DNA of 64,000 nucleotides from Thalia democratica (Eukaryota): NCBI GenBank assembly GCA_965202585.1, contig CBDBBG010000303.1, positions 1 to 64,000 of the forward strand, read 5' to 3'. Shown piece by piece: positions 13,237 to 24,346 of this stretch (position 1 is its first letter; each line of letters starts with the position of its first letter). The notes under the pieces were generated by a model. It saw only the letters and a program-made list of their open reading frames with translations, ran no database searches and was not told where the DNA came from. The position numbers and the translations under genes were made by a program.

Positions 13237-13835
13237 AAAGTGTCACTTAGTAGTAATGTGTCTCTTCGTGCTAAAGTGTCACAGAAAATGTCACTCTGTG
13301 CTAGTGTGTCACTCCGTGCCTAAGTGTCACTCTATGCTAAAGTGTCACTTTGTTTAAAATGACACTCCGTGCTAAAATGCTACCTGTGCAAAAGTGACAC
13401 TGTGCTTATGCGTCACTCCGTGCTAAACAGTCTCTTTTTGCTAAGGTTCCCTTTGTGTTAAAGTGTCACTTAGTAGTAATGTGTCTCTTCGTGCTAAAGT
13501 GTCACAGAAAGTGTCACTCCGTGCCTAAGTGTCACTCTATGCTAAAGTGTCACTTTGTGTTAAAATGACACTCCGTGCTAAAATGCTACCTGTGCAAAAG
13601 TGACACTGTGCTTATGCGTCACTCAGTGCTAAACAGTCTCTTTTTGCTAAGGTTCCCTTTGTGTTAAAGTGTCACTTAGTAGTAATGTGTCTCTTCGTGC
13701 TAAAGTGTCACAGAAAATGTCACTCTGTGCTAGTGTGTCACTCCGTGCCTAAGTGTCACTCTATGCTAAAGTGTCACTTTGTGCTAAAGTTTCACTTTGT
13801 GCTTCTAAGTCATTCCGTACTAAAGTTACGCCCGT
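13237..13835 (+). repeat. 18-bp minisatellite (consensus aaagtgtcactccgtgct) with higher-order repeat
   Basis: About 30 degenerate monomers. The higher-order block starting aaagtgtcacttagtagtaatg recurs at 13237, 13460 and 13666 (periods 223 and 206). Confidence 0.9.
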
Positions 13836-15339
13836 GCTTTCTGACCCGTTCCCACATCACCATTCATACTGACATAATATAAAATAAAATATTAAAGAAA
13901 CGATTTGCTGATATGTTGATAAAAAATTGCATCAAATTATACATTAAATCAGTTTAATAATCTGTAGCGCCACCTAAGAAAATTAGTTTCAAACAAATCA
14001 TTTGCGTTTGTTTTGTACTTCAAAGACTAAATAGCTTACAGTTATTAAAAAAAGGAAAATTTCAATGCTTAATATTTCAAAAAGTACTTCGTTAAAATAA
14101 AAACTGTGCATGCTAACAATGCAGAATAATTAGTACTATGTGAATCTTTTATTCATTTTTCTTTTAGTTCAATATTTATTGAGATAAACCATAATATACT
14201 GAAAACCATAAATCACCAATTTCTTTAAAAATAATTTCTTTTATAAAAAATCGTACATAACGAATGAGCAGAATATTATTTTATATGTATAAAAAAAATA
14301 TCAAGTCAAAACTGTTTGTTTATCGTTAGATTTTCCAAAAAAACTGAAAAAAAGCCATAATGTACCACTTTTTCTATGGGCTACAGCACCATTTATACCA
14401 ACCCAATATAAAAATAAAATGATAGTTCACAAACTAGATACTCTAAGCTAAAAGATGAGGTATAAAACATTATTTTAGAAGTAACGATAAGGATGGGGAT
14501 GAGCGTCAAAGCTAAAGAACTTTAGTAAAAACCGTAAAAGTTGTACCGTAAATGGAATGACGCTCGTCTAATAAATACTTAAATTCAAAACATAAAAATT
14601 TTGTGGCAAAACATTTCAATGACATCTAGTTTATAAAATCTTAAGAAGCTAATTAACTAATTTAGTTTCTACGGAACATACTTTTCATACCGGAAAATAT
14701 ATTTTTAATTAGTTCTGACACATTTTTATATCTCTTTTTTAAAGCAAATACGTTACAAATAATGTGAAAAATTGTTTAAAAATATAAAAAAACTACATTA
14801 CATACAACCACTAGATTTAAAAACTAATTTAGAACTAATTACATTTAGATAGTGTCTTCTTTAAACTAAATTAAGAAACCTTATTAAAAAAGTGGAATGA
14901 CATCGGTCATCAAGTTTCACTTATAAGTTATAAGTATTTCTTAAATTTATGCTCTTTAAGCGTGTTCTAAGACTTATCACAAAAGAAAAAAAAGTGAATA
15001 TCCTAAAGTCTGTCTTTAGTATAAAGTTATAGTATGTAAAACTTTCAGTTGATCAAAGTTAGCGAAAAATATTACAAAAAACTACATATAACTATTATTT
15101 AAGACTTTGTCTTTAGTATTTCTCCTAGATAAAACTTAAATAAAATTAAAAAAACATAGTTTTATTCATTAGAAGTTTTTAAAAATACTTTCTAAACAGC
15201 TTTATCAAACTAGTGAAATTTAGCATTCATGTTTAAGCTTTCTGAATAATTAATAACTTTGATAAACAGACTAACTTTAATATAAAATCAAAGATCCTAA
15301 AATTGTTAAAATAAAAAACAGCTTTTATATATACAAAAA

Positions 15340-15980
15340 AAAATAGTGAAACTATCTCATATAATTAAACTAACTATATCATTTTATAGATAAGTGATAC
15401 AGAAACACTTAAATATGCATACAAAAATCTTCACAATAAAAAAAATATTGGATATTTACAACGTTTGTTTTAAAAGTTATTGAAATCTGGTTTAAATATA
15501 CAAGTTTCCCGTATTATTAAATAATTAAAGTTGTATGATACAGAAATACTTAAATATTTAAACAAAACATCATCATATGCTTATAATTTTAATACTTACA
15601 ATTTGTTTCAAGTTAGTAAAATAATGTTTAAATATTTAAATTTTCTGTATCATTTTATAAATTTATGATACAGAAATACTTAAATATGTAAACAAAACAT
15701 CATAACAGTCTAAAAACTCCAAACTTTTATATATCCATTTTTTTCATTGTAAGTAAAATAATGTTCACATTTTAAAGTTTTCTGTATCATTTTATAAATT
15801 TGTGTTACAGAAACTTTAAATATGCAAACAAAACATCATAATAATACAAAAACATCAAATTTAAAAATCTTTTTCCAGATGTAGTAAAATTTGGTTTACA
15901 TATTTAAGTTTTCTGTACCATTTAACAAATATATGGCGCAGAAAAACCTAAATATGTAAGCAAAATGTCATGTTTTTTGC
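15340..15980. repeat. Diverged tandem satellite, five units of ~130-141 bp
   Basis: Core gatacagaaa-acttaaatatg-aaacaaaacatca recurs at ~15396, 15537, 15667, 15804 and 15936. Several units contain the inverted pair tttctgtatcat...atgatacagaaa. Confidence 0.75.
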
Positions 15981-16479
15981 TCAATAAAGTAAACTTGCAA
16001 TAGCCTATAACGAAACTTATTTAGTTCATTCAGTTTAGTAATCAGTATAGTATTCAGTTTAGTAACATCAAGTTTAGTAGTAGTAATTTTATTAATTTTT
16101 AATTAAGACTTCACAAAAAACACTATGCAGTTGACCTAAAATTTTTTTAATAGTCTAAAGATACTAAAATCACATTGTACCTGTAGTTCCTGTTTATAAA
16201 CGATGAATGTGAGAGAACTGGTAGTAAAAAGTTTAACTTACAGAGCATGTGAAAATTTAATTGAACTAAATATGAACTTTCATTAATAGTCCAAATCTGA
16301 GAGAAAGAGAAAGTTTTTTTTTATATTAAAAATCTGCGAATTAATTGTGAAATACAAATTAAAAGCGTGAGGACAAAAAAAAGTATTTTTAATCGTCTTA
16401 ATAAAAAAAAAACTTGTTTCTTTGAATAGGTAGTGCGTAGTACGCATGTTTATTCAATCACTTTGTCCCTACGAAAATT

Positions 16480-18000
16480 TGAAGGATTAAATAATGAAAA
16501 TTAATATATCATCGTTCATTTTGTTATACTGATGCTAAATTAACTGAGCTTCAACACGGATACTTTTATAAAAGTATTGTACGTTTAATTAAAAGTTGTT
16601 ACTTATTTAAGCCTCTGTAAAAGATTTTGTATCAAATATTACTTAACTGTGAAGATATACTAAATGTTTAAACTCTGTGTCTCTGTTTTATTGTTCTTGC
16701 TTTTTCAGCGTCCTTTACTGTGATGAACTTGTACTGTGATTATTTATTTACAATTTTTATTAATAAACACAATGTGCTTTTTTTATCTAGTTGTAGTTCC
16801 AACAAAAGCGTTAACAGTAGTTGTTATTTTCATTAAAGAAGTTTTTTTTTTAGTTTTCATTAAATTAAACTGCTTAAAACTTGTTTTTTCTATCAAACAA
16901 TTACTTTAATACCCACTCTTGTTTAATTGAATAAATGTTAAGTTTTAATAACAAGTAAGTTAGGTTTTCCTATAGAACTTTATAGCAAAAATAGCTTCAA
17001 GTGTAAATATTTTTGAAGTAAAAACAAAAGCGCTACTGATAACTAAATACAACTATTGATTTAAATCACCTTTTTACGAATTTTTTTTTGGTTAAATTAA
17101 AAATTAGTATGTTCGAATATTGTCAGACAGCTAGTATTTTAAAACTTACTGATTCACTATTTGTTACCTAAAGCTACCTTTTTCAAAAGTCTTGTAAAAA
17201 TATCAAGTTGGTACTTTTGAAAATCTGAAAAACTGAAAGTGATTTAATTAAAAAAAAGAATATTTTAATTATAAGTCTGTTTCTTGATTTTGAATACTAA
17301 ATGCTGCCACAAGTGTATATTCGTTATTATCTTGCCAATATCCCATTGCCTAACATGTATATGTACTAAAGAAAAAATGAAGCTTGTTAAAATTACAGTT
17401 TCTTCAACTGTGTTAAATTATTGAGTTAAACCCAGGTAAAAAGTGCGAACATATAAGGTGCTGGTGTTAAAAACACTGGCAGGTGAACACTTTAAAACTA
17501 ATGATCAAAATTTGTTGTACGCACAACTCTTTACATAAAGCTTACTTGTAACTGTACTTGAAATATTTTTTTTTTTTACAGTTGCCACTTTATTTTTTTA
17601 AAACCAGAATACTATCTATCTATTGAAATAAAGACTAAAAAGCTGATTTTACTTTGACACAGTTTGTATAAATAAACATTTTGAAACTACTACAATAGAA
17701 ATAAAGCGTGTTAATAGCTTTTTTTTTCAATTTCACTTGTCTTGAAAATGTAATACAAGTATTCAAATTTGTTTACATTGAGATGTTTATAATTTTCAAA
17801 CTTTAAACAATCTTGAGTAACTTCAAGAAAAGTTTAAGTACCTGAATACTTTAAACTTTTGCCACTGAAAATGCAACAGTTTTATAATTGTTTTATTGAG
17901 TTTAATTTTATTTAACATGTATAGGTAAATTACATAGGATTGTGTCATAACCCTTTCATATAAACATTTTCTTAAATTACAAAAAAAAATATATGATTAT
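16480..18000. repeat. Left arm of a large inverted duplication
   Basis: 16480-17076 is the reverse complement of ~24347-24952, and 17069-17770 is the reverse complement of ~22050-22763. Weaker matches continue to ~18000/21900. Confidence 0.85.
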
Positions 18001-18436
18001 AGTTTAATTTTTATATCAAAATCCAACTTGTCAATTTATTTTTATGTTACCATATATTTATTTTAATAAACAAACTAAGCGAGCACGTATAAGGTTTACA
18101 ACACACAAAAGTGTTTTATACTTGTGAAACGAAATGGTAGCTTTACAAAGGTAACAACATTCTAAATAAACAAACATTTTATTAGTTAATAATGAAAAAT
18201 GCTTAAACGAATGGTTTATTCTGTTTAACTTAAAGCATAAGTTTTAATTACTTCTAATTTGTATTGAACAAAAAAAAATATTTTCTATTCTTAGCACAGA
18301 GTAAAACAAATACGATGTTTGTAAGCAGTTGCTTAGCTGACAAATACTAAATAAATTTACTTCGAGTCAAAAATCTTTAAATTATCTTAAAATTAATAGA
18401 ATTAGAATGAAGAAAGAATAGATGTGGTTGTTAGTT

Positions 18437-20618
18437 TTAACAAGTTTCAGAAGTTTTGAATATTTGTTTCATGAACATTCCTTCATTGTCAACACACCAG
18501 CAAATTCTTTTTTTACACTGTAAATATATATTCTTATTTTATAGATTTTCATTTGCTATTGAAATACAAAAAAAAATCTTTAGAATAAATTACAACTATA
18601 ACTTCACACTAATACAACATTTTAAACAAACTAATATACATATACTTTTTTCTTGCTTTATACCATTACTAACTTTATTATTGTATTATTAACAAACAAT
18701 GAATTTCTTTGACTTTTTTTTTAAATAATATGTTTAAATAATTAAATTGTTTTATCCAACTAAAACATTATCAAAAAGTGCAAGTTACTAAAAGTACAGA
18801 ATTCTTATAAAATAAATATGCGTGTAAAAATAAAGTTGCGTGTTTCTAAATTGTTTATATAAAGTAAGCAGTTTGTAGTAACTAGGTTAATAACATTTCT
18901 TACACAACTCACAATTTTTTCAGTAGTTTTATATGAATCATTCGGATTACAAAATGGCTTCCAATACTTGTAACTTTCTTTATTTACTTTCATTGCTCTT
19001 TTCAGGTGTGCATTACAAGGTAGCTGTACATAAATTAATTAAAAAACTTTAGTTTATAACAGGTTGGATTGACTTTACAATGAAATATTTTGTTTATTGT
19101 AATCACCAGGAAGCAAAGTTTAATACAGAATTTAAGTTTTTTTTTCTTGTTGTGTGTTCAAGCTTTTTAATAAAACTGTTTAGTCATATAAAAGGGAATT
19201 TCTAATGTCAATAAACACAACTTACTTTCTTATTAGAAAATTTATTCGGTAATATTTCAGTTCTTTCGATTTGTTTGTTGTTCATTTTGAGCTTTGTATT
19301 TTTGTCTCTACCAGTTTGGTGTGGTTTTGGACTTTCAGTAGAGTATTCTGCTTTTTAAGATATGAGCTGTTATAAACCTACTTTTTCGGTCAAATGAACA
19401 ATTTTTTACAAAGTTTTACACAAAACATAAAAAAAATTAAATGATACTTTTCTGCTTTAACTTAAGGAAATTAAAATAATTTACTTGAAAGTACCTTAGA
19501 GTTTAGCATTATGCAATAAGTTACTATTTATAATGTTAGACGAGTTGTCTACATTAAGTTTAAAACAATTTAGAATCAATATAGAAAATTACCCGTCATT
19601 GAAACAGATTGTTCAATATCAGCATTTTTCTCAGTTGCTCTTTCCACAGCTGCTGTTTCTTCGTTTCCTTCAACTTGCTCCTTTTCAGCGTTTGAGTACA
19701 ATTTTCTTTCTTTTAAACCTTCGATCAACTCTTTGATCATGTCTTTTGCATCAAATTGATCTCGCAGTTGGTTATAAAACAACCCGATGCCAAGAAAATC
19801 TCCGAGGTGCCTATCGAAAACCCATGCAAACGAAGCGTTCCCAAAACGCTTGTAAACCTCACGCTTTTCTCCGTCAGCTCCGAAATACAGTTCGTCTCCG
19901 CCGTGCTGAAACTCGTCAAACACGTACTTCCGGTCGGTGACCTTCTGGACCAGATCTGATCCGAGGTCGTGCTTGTCGTAAAAACTCCTTTTCAAAGTCC
20001 AACATGGCTCTTCCGCCTTCTTTCGTGACTCCTTCCAGCTGGTATTTAGTTTTGATCAACGCAAGCAACTTGCCTATTTTATATTGTTCCGCGTGAATAT
20101 CAACCGATTTAAAGTTGCCAGGGTCCTCTCGGCCGTTTGAACGGAAGGCGTACAAAAACTCCACCATGTCCATAACGTTGTGTCCGTCAACCTCTTGGTA
20201 AATAATTTCATTATCTTCGACCTTTCTTATTTTCCATTTGTCATCGACTTTGATTAGAAAACCGTTGAAATATGACGTCAAATTACCTTCAGCAGACGAA
20301 CCTTCTTCATTTAATTTACCTCTGCAGTAGCTTTCTGAAATATTACTGTGTTTGTTAGTTTTGGGGTAACCCGGAAGTACTTTTTTTAAAAAAAACCTCT
20401 TTGAACCTTTTCACATCGTAAAAATCAGCACTTGTGTGTTTTTCAATGAAAAATTTTTCGTTGAAATACAATTCAAGAATAGATAAATTTTCAAGTGAGT
20501 ATTTTTCCAGAACTGTAGAAAGAATTTTGAATTCTTCCGAATCTTTTCTCTTAAAGGCAAATGAAAAGCTTAAAAGTTGGCAAAAAAGCACCAAAGTTAT
20601 CAGTGAAAGTGTTTTCAT
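18437..20618 (-). CDS. Secreted protein: signal peptide, divergent ADAM10-like region (no HExxH), acidic linker and C-terminal thyroglobulin type-1 domain; first exon has two frame breaks
   Basis: ATG at 20618 begins the signal peptide MKTLSLITLVLFCQLLSFSFA. Exons 19593-20618 (interrupted), 19226-19347, 18913-19023 and 18437-18517 join in phase via gtaatt, gtaagt and gtgagt donors and cag acceptors. The last two exons give LPCNAHLKRAMKVNKESYKYWKPFCNPNDSYKTTEKICKKRICWCVDNEGMFMKQIFKTSETC*, with the CWCVD thyroglobulin-1 signature and six cysteines. The ADAM-like call is pattern recognition only. Predicted length is about 430-445 aa if the breaks are repaired. Confidence 0.7.
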
Positions 20619-20783
20619 TTTCTATTTGACTCAGTCTATGATCTACAAGCAATCTATATATTTAGTCTATATAAAATTATATAAATACGTATACATCTAG
20701 TGTTCTAAGAATATAAACGAATATTTTTTGCTTTCTTTTTTACTTAATCTATGACTTTTTAATAAAAACTACTTAATCTTTTT

Positions 20784-21035
20784 ATAATGATACCAAATAT
20801 TTAAATACAATGCATCAAAAATATCAATGAAAACGTTTTTGCTTTCATTTTGACTTAATCTTTAATTTATGTATAATCTATTTACTTAGTCAGTATACAT
20901 AATCTAAATATAATGATACCAAATATATGCATATATAATGCATTAAAAGTATCAATGAAAAAGTATTTGTTTTATTTTTGACTTAACTTATGATCTATAT
21001 ATAATCTTTGTACTTAATCTTTATATAACTTGGTT
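20784..21035. repeat. 126-bp tandem duplication upstream of the secreted gene
   Basis: ataatgataccaaatat...atgcat-aaaa-tatcaatgaaaa...ttttgacttaa at 20784 and 20910, with a partial third copy near 20720. Confidence 0.6.
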
Positions 21036-21280
21036 TTAATAAGTTTAACAATCTATGTAATCGAACAATTAAGTATTAATATGTCGAACTAGTTTAATTT
21101 TTAAGCTAGTATTGTTTACTGTTTAAAAGTGAAAAAAAAATTAAGCTTTAATACAGTGTTTTTAAATAACAATGTCAGCATGACTAAACAAATTTAAAGC
21201 TTATAAAATTATAAACAGCTACTTACTTTAGATTTAAGTATTTAATTTTTAGGTTTGCAAAAGTTCTACGTACACTAGAC

Positions 21281-21430
21281 CAGTGCTTCTGAACCTTTTT
21301 CTAGTGGCGGAACCCTTTTTCAAAGTTCAAGTTTTCCTCGGAACCCCTAACTTTAATTTTACATAAAATGTTTAATTAAATAAATGTTCTTTTTTAAAAG
21401 GCTTCGCGGAACCCCATTTCAGAAGCACTG
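21281..21430. mobile_element. 150-bp hAT (Charlie-like) MITE
   Basis: TIRs cagtgcttctgaa / ttcagaagcactg. Exact 8-bp TSD cactagac at 21273-21280 and 21431-21438. Confidence 0.9.
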
Positions 21431-22763
21431 CACTAGACTATATAAAATATTATTTGTCATAATAATACATAGTAAACGTGTTAAGAACTCTTTATGTACC
21501 TTACAAGAAGCTTATTATATTTTTAAACGACTAAAAAACGACATTTATAAGAATTTTTATGACCTCACTTTCAATGCACTTCAATGTACAGGTGCACACT
21601 GTGAAGAATGCTGTTTTAAATAAGAGTAGTTAATATGTATTTATTGACTTTACGCATTTGTTTTTGCATCTATGATTTTACTTTTGTCTTGCAACTTGCT
21701 TTAGATTCAAATTAGTTTTATGAACACTGGAAGCTAAAAACATGCATTTTAAAACAAATAAAATTGAAAGGCACATAGAGTAATTCACTTCGAACTTTGC
21801 TAAGATTGATCTGTATCAACTGTTTTTTGCTGAAGATGTTGATAGAAAAGTTTTTGATGTTAAATTTTATTGTAGAAACATGTCTGAACTAGCATATTAC
21901 AAATAATATTAGTTATAGTTGTAATTTAAAGAAAAATTTAAATAAAAATCTAGATTGGATTATTAAATTGGATACATTAAACAAAGCATATAAGTAAACC
22001 AATAGAAGTCAAACTTCTCATAAGAGGCATGTTGAATTAAATTTAGTTGAATTGATTTTCAAATGTAAATAAACTTGAATACTTGTATTTCATTTTCAAG
22101 ACAAGTGAAGTTGAAAAAAAACTATGAACACGCTTAATTTCTATTGTAGTAGTTTCAAAATGTTTGTTTATACAAACTGTGTCAAAGTTAAATCAGCTTT
22201 TTAGTCTTTATTTCAATAGGCAGATAGTATTCTGGTTTTATAAAAATAAGTAGCACCTGTGAAAATAATATTATAAGTACAGTTACAAGTAAGCTTTATG
22301 TAAAGAGTTGTTCATACAACAAAGATTAATCATTAGTTTTAAAGTGTTCACCTGCCAATGTTTTTAACACTAGCACCTTATATGTTCGCACTTTTTACCT
22401 TGGTTTAACTCAATAATTTAAGACAGTTGAAGAAACCGTAATTTTAACCAGCTTCATTTTCCTTTAGTACAGATACATGTTAGGCAATGCAATATTGGCA
22501 AGATAATAACGAATATACACTTGTGGCAGCATTTAATACTTAAAATCAAGAAACAGACTTATATTTAAAATATTTTTTTTGAAAGCAAATCACTTTCAGT
22601 TTTTCAGCACTTCAAAAGTACCAACTTGATATTTTTACAAGAATTTTCAAAAAGGTAGCTTGAGGTAACAAATAGTGAATCAGTAAGTTTTAAAATACAA
22701 GTTGTCTGACAATATTCGAACATACTAATTTGTAATTTAACCGAAAAAAAGTTCTTAAAAAGG

Positions 22764-24346
22764 CAGGGTTGCCACAGATTAAGATGAGAAAAGTTTCCTG
22801 AATTTTCCTGACTGAATTCTAAACGAACTCTTAATATTTTATGTTTTGATTTTAGAAAATAAATAAAGACATCTCAACTACTAGAGGAGATATAATGAAT
22901 TTATTCTTTTAAGACTTTATTTACAAACAAGTTTCGGTCAAAGACCTTGTCAGTCCTTAAATAAATATACTTCAAATACAAATTCAAAGAGAATACAAAC
23001 TCTTAATTTAAAGTTATTCTAAAATACATAATTAAACACTTGAAAACTATCTAAAGATTTTAATCTTATTTTTATACAGGTTAAAACAACAGTTTTTTGC
23101 TAAATTCAACCATCTAACTTCCATTACACCACTTGAACCATCTGTGTATGATTGATGTATTTTCACTAAACAGCTCTGTCAACAAAATATAGTCCGATTT
23201 AGCACAAAAAGTAGTAAAATAACCTAAAGCTAATTGTATCTAATAACAAAAAATATTTATCTAGAACATTTAATACTTATATAAGCTGTTTACTTAGTTT
23301 AATAAAATACGACCTAAACCATGTAATATAAAATGTTAAATTAAAATTCAATTAGAAAGAATAAAAAAAGAAGTAAAAATACATAAAAATGTAAACCATA
23401 TATCTGTTATATAAAATATTTCCTTTATCATTTAGTATAAAATTTGAAACAAATAAATCTACTCCTATTCATTTTAAAAACTTAAAATATTCTACAAAAA
23501 AATACAATAGTATGTACCTCTCTTTTAACTTATAATTCAAGTTTAAAAAACTTTAAAAATTTATAAAGAGGTATAGTATACACACAAACTTGTTACATAT
23601 AATACTAAACTTAGTGCTTAACTATATAGAAATTTATGATTTACATAAACAAAAACACTTAAATTCTTAAACTCTGCATTATAAACTTTTGTGTATATAT
23701 CACAGATTCACTATGGAAGTTTCCTTCCCACAGACAGGGCTGCCAAATAGTTTTTTTAAATTTCCTCCAGGTTTTTAAAATTACACGTTTTAGGATCTAT
23801 TTTTAGTTAAAAACTAAGTTTAAGCTAAAATCTGTGTTAAATAGTATATCAACATGCAAAATATATCTTAAAGATTCTTTAAATGTGTTTTTTAATTACT
23901 AAATTTTTGATGATGACAAAAAAAATTTATCTATATGACAGATTTTTCGAGTCAAATCAAAATTTTACTACTTATCACATGTTAAAAATTCCAGGTTTTT
24001 TGGCAACCCTGTACAGATAATTAATACCAAAAAGCATATAAAAACTGCAAGTAGGGTATTTGTTCAATACGTTAATTGAAAAATTTTAGTTTTATAAAGG
24101 GTATTTTATTAATGTATACTAGATGAAGACATTGGAAATTATGTAAACTTCTAGGAAAATTTTGCAATTTTAGTCTGACATAAGAACTTTTAATTGATTT
24201 TACCATTTGAAGGCTTTGAAAAATAAGGAATTATGTAAATTTGAACTACCAATATCTATCTTTTTCTTAAATTTCCCTAATATTTTTCAATAAACCCCAC
24301 TTTTGTCATTTTTTAAAAAGCTTTTCCTGACCTTCTGGCATCCGTG
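22764..24346. mobile_element. hAT-like non-autonomous element, sibling of 6857-8338
   Basis: Left TIR cagggttgccac, degenerate right TIR tggcatccgtg. Exact 8-bp TSD taaaaagg at 22756-22763 and 24347-24354. The empty site appears as a single ccttttta at 17069-17076 in the other arm. Confidence 0.85.
23735..24011. mobile_element. 277-bp CAGGG-ended MITE nested in the hAT-like element
   Basis: TIRs cagggctgccaaa / tttggcaaccctg. Flanks cacaga / tacaga form a 6-bp TSD with one mismatch. The uninterrupted site is visible near 7925 (ccacagatc). Confidence 0.75.

Larger units (their letters stand above)
9885..14567. mobile_element. 4.7-kb non-autonomous Mutator-like element (MULE) with ~550-bp TIRs
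   Basis: TIRs 9885-10430 and 14016-14567 are near-identical in inverted orientation, with termini ACGAGCGTCATTCCATTTACGG. Exact 9-bp TSD ctaataaat at 9876-9884 and 14568-14576. No transposase ORF inside. Confidence 0.9.

Noticed and set aside
13237-13835. CRISPR-like array
   Set aside because: Units are contiguous degenerate 18-mers with no unique spacers, the context is eukaryotic, and there are no cas genes.
16430-16504. Plus-strand terminal exon (VVRSTHVYSITLSLRKFEGLNNEN*) abutting the left duplication arm
   Set aside because: There is a plausible acceptor but no linked upstream exon or homology, so support is insufficient.
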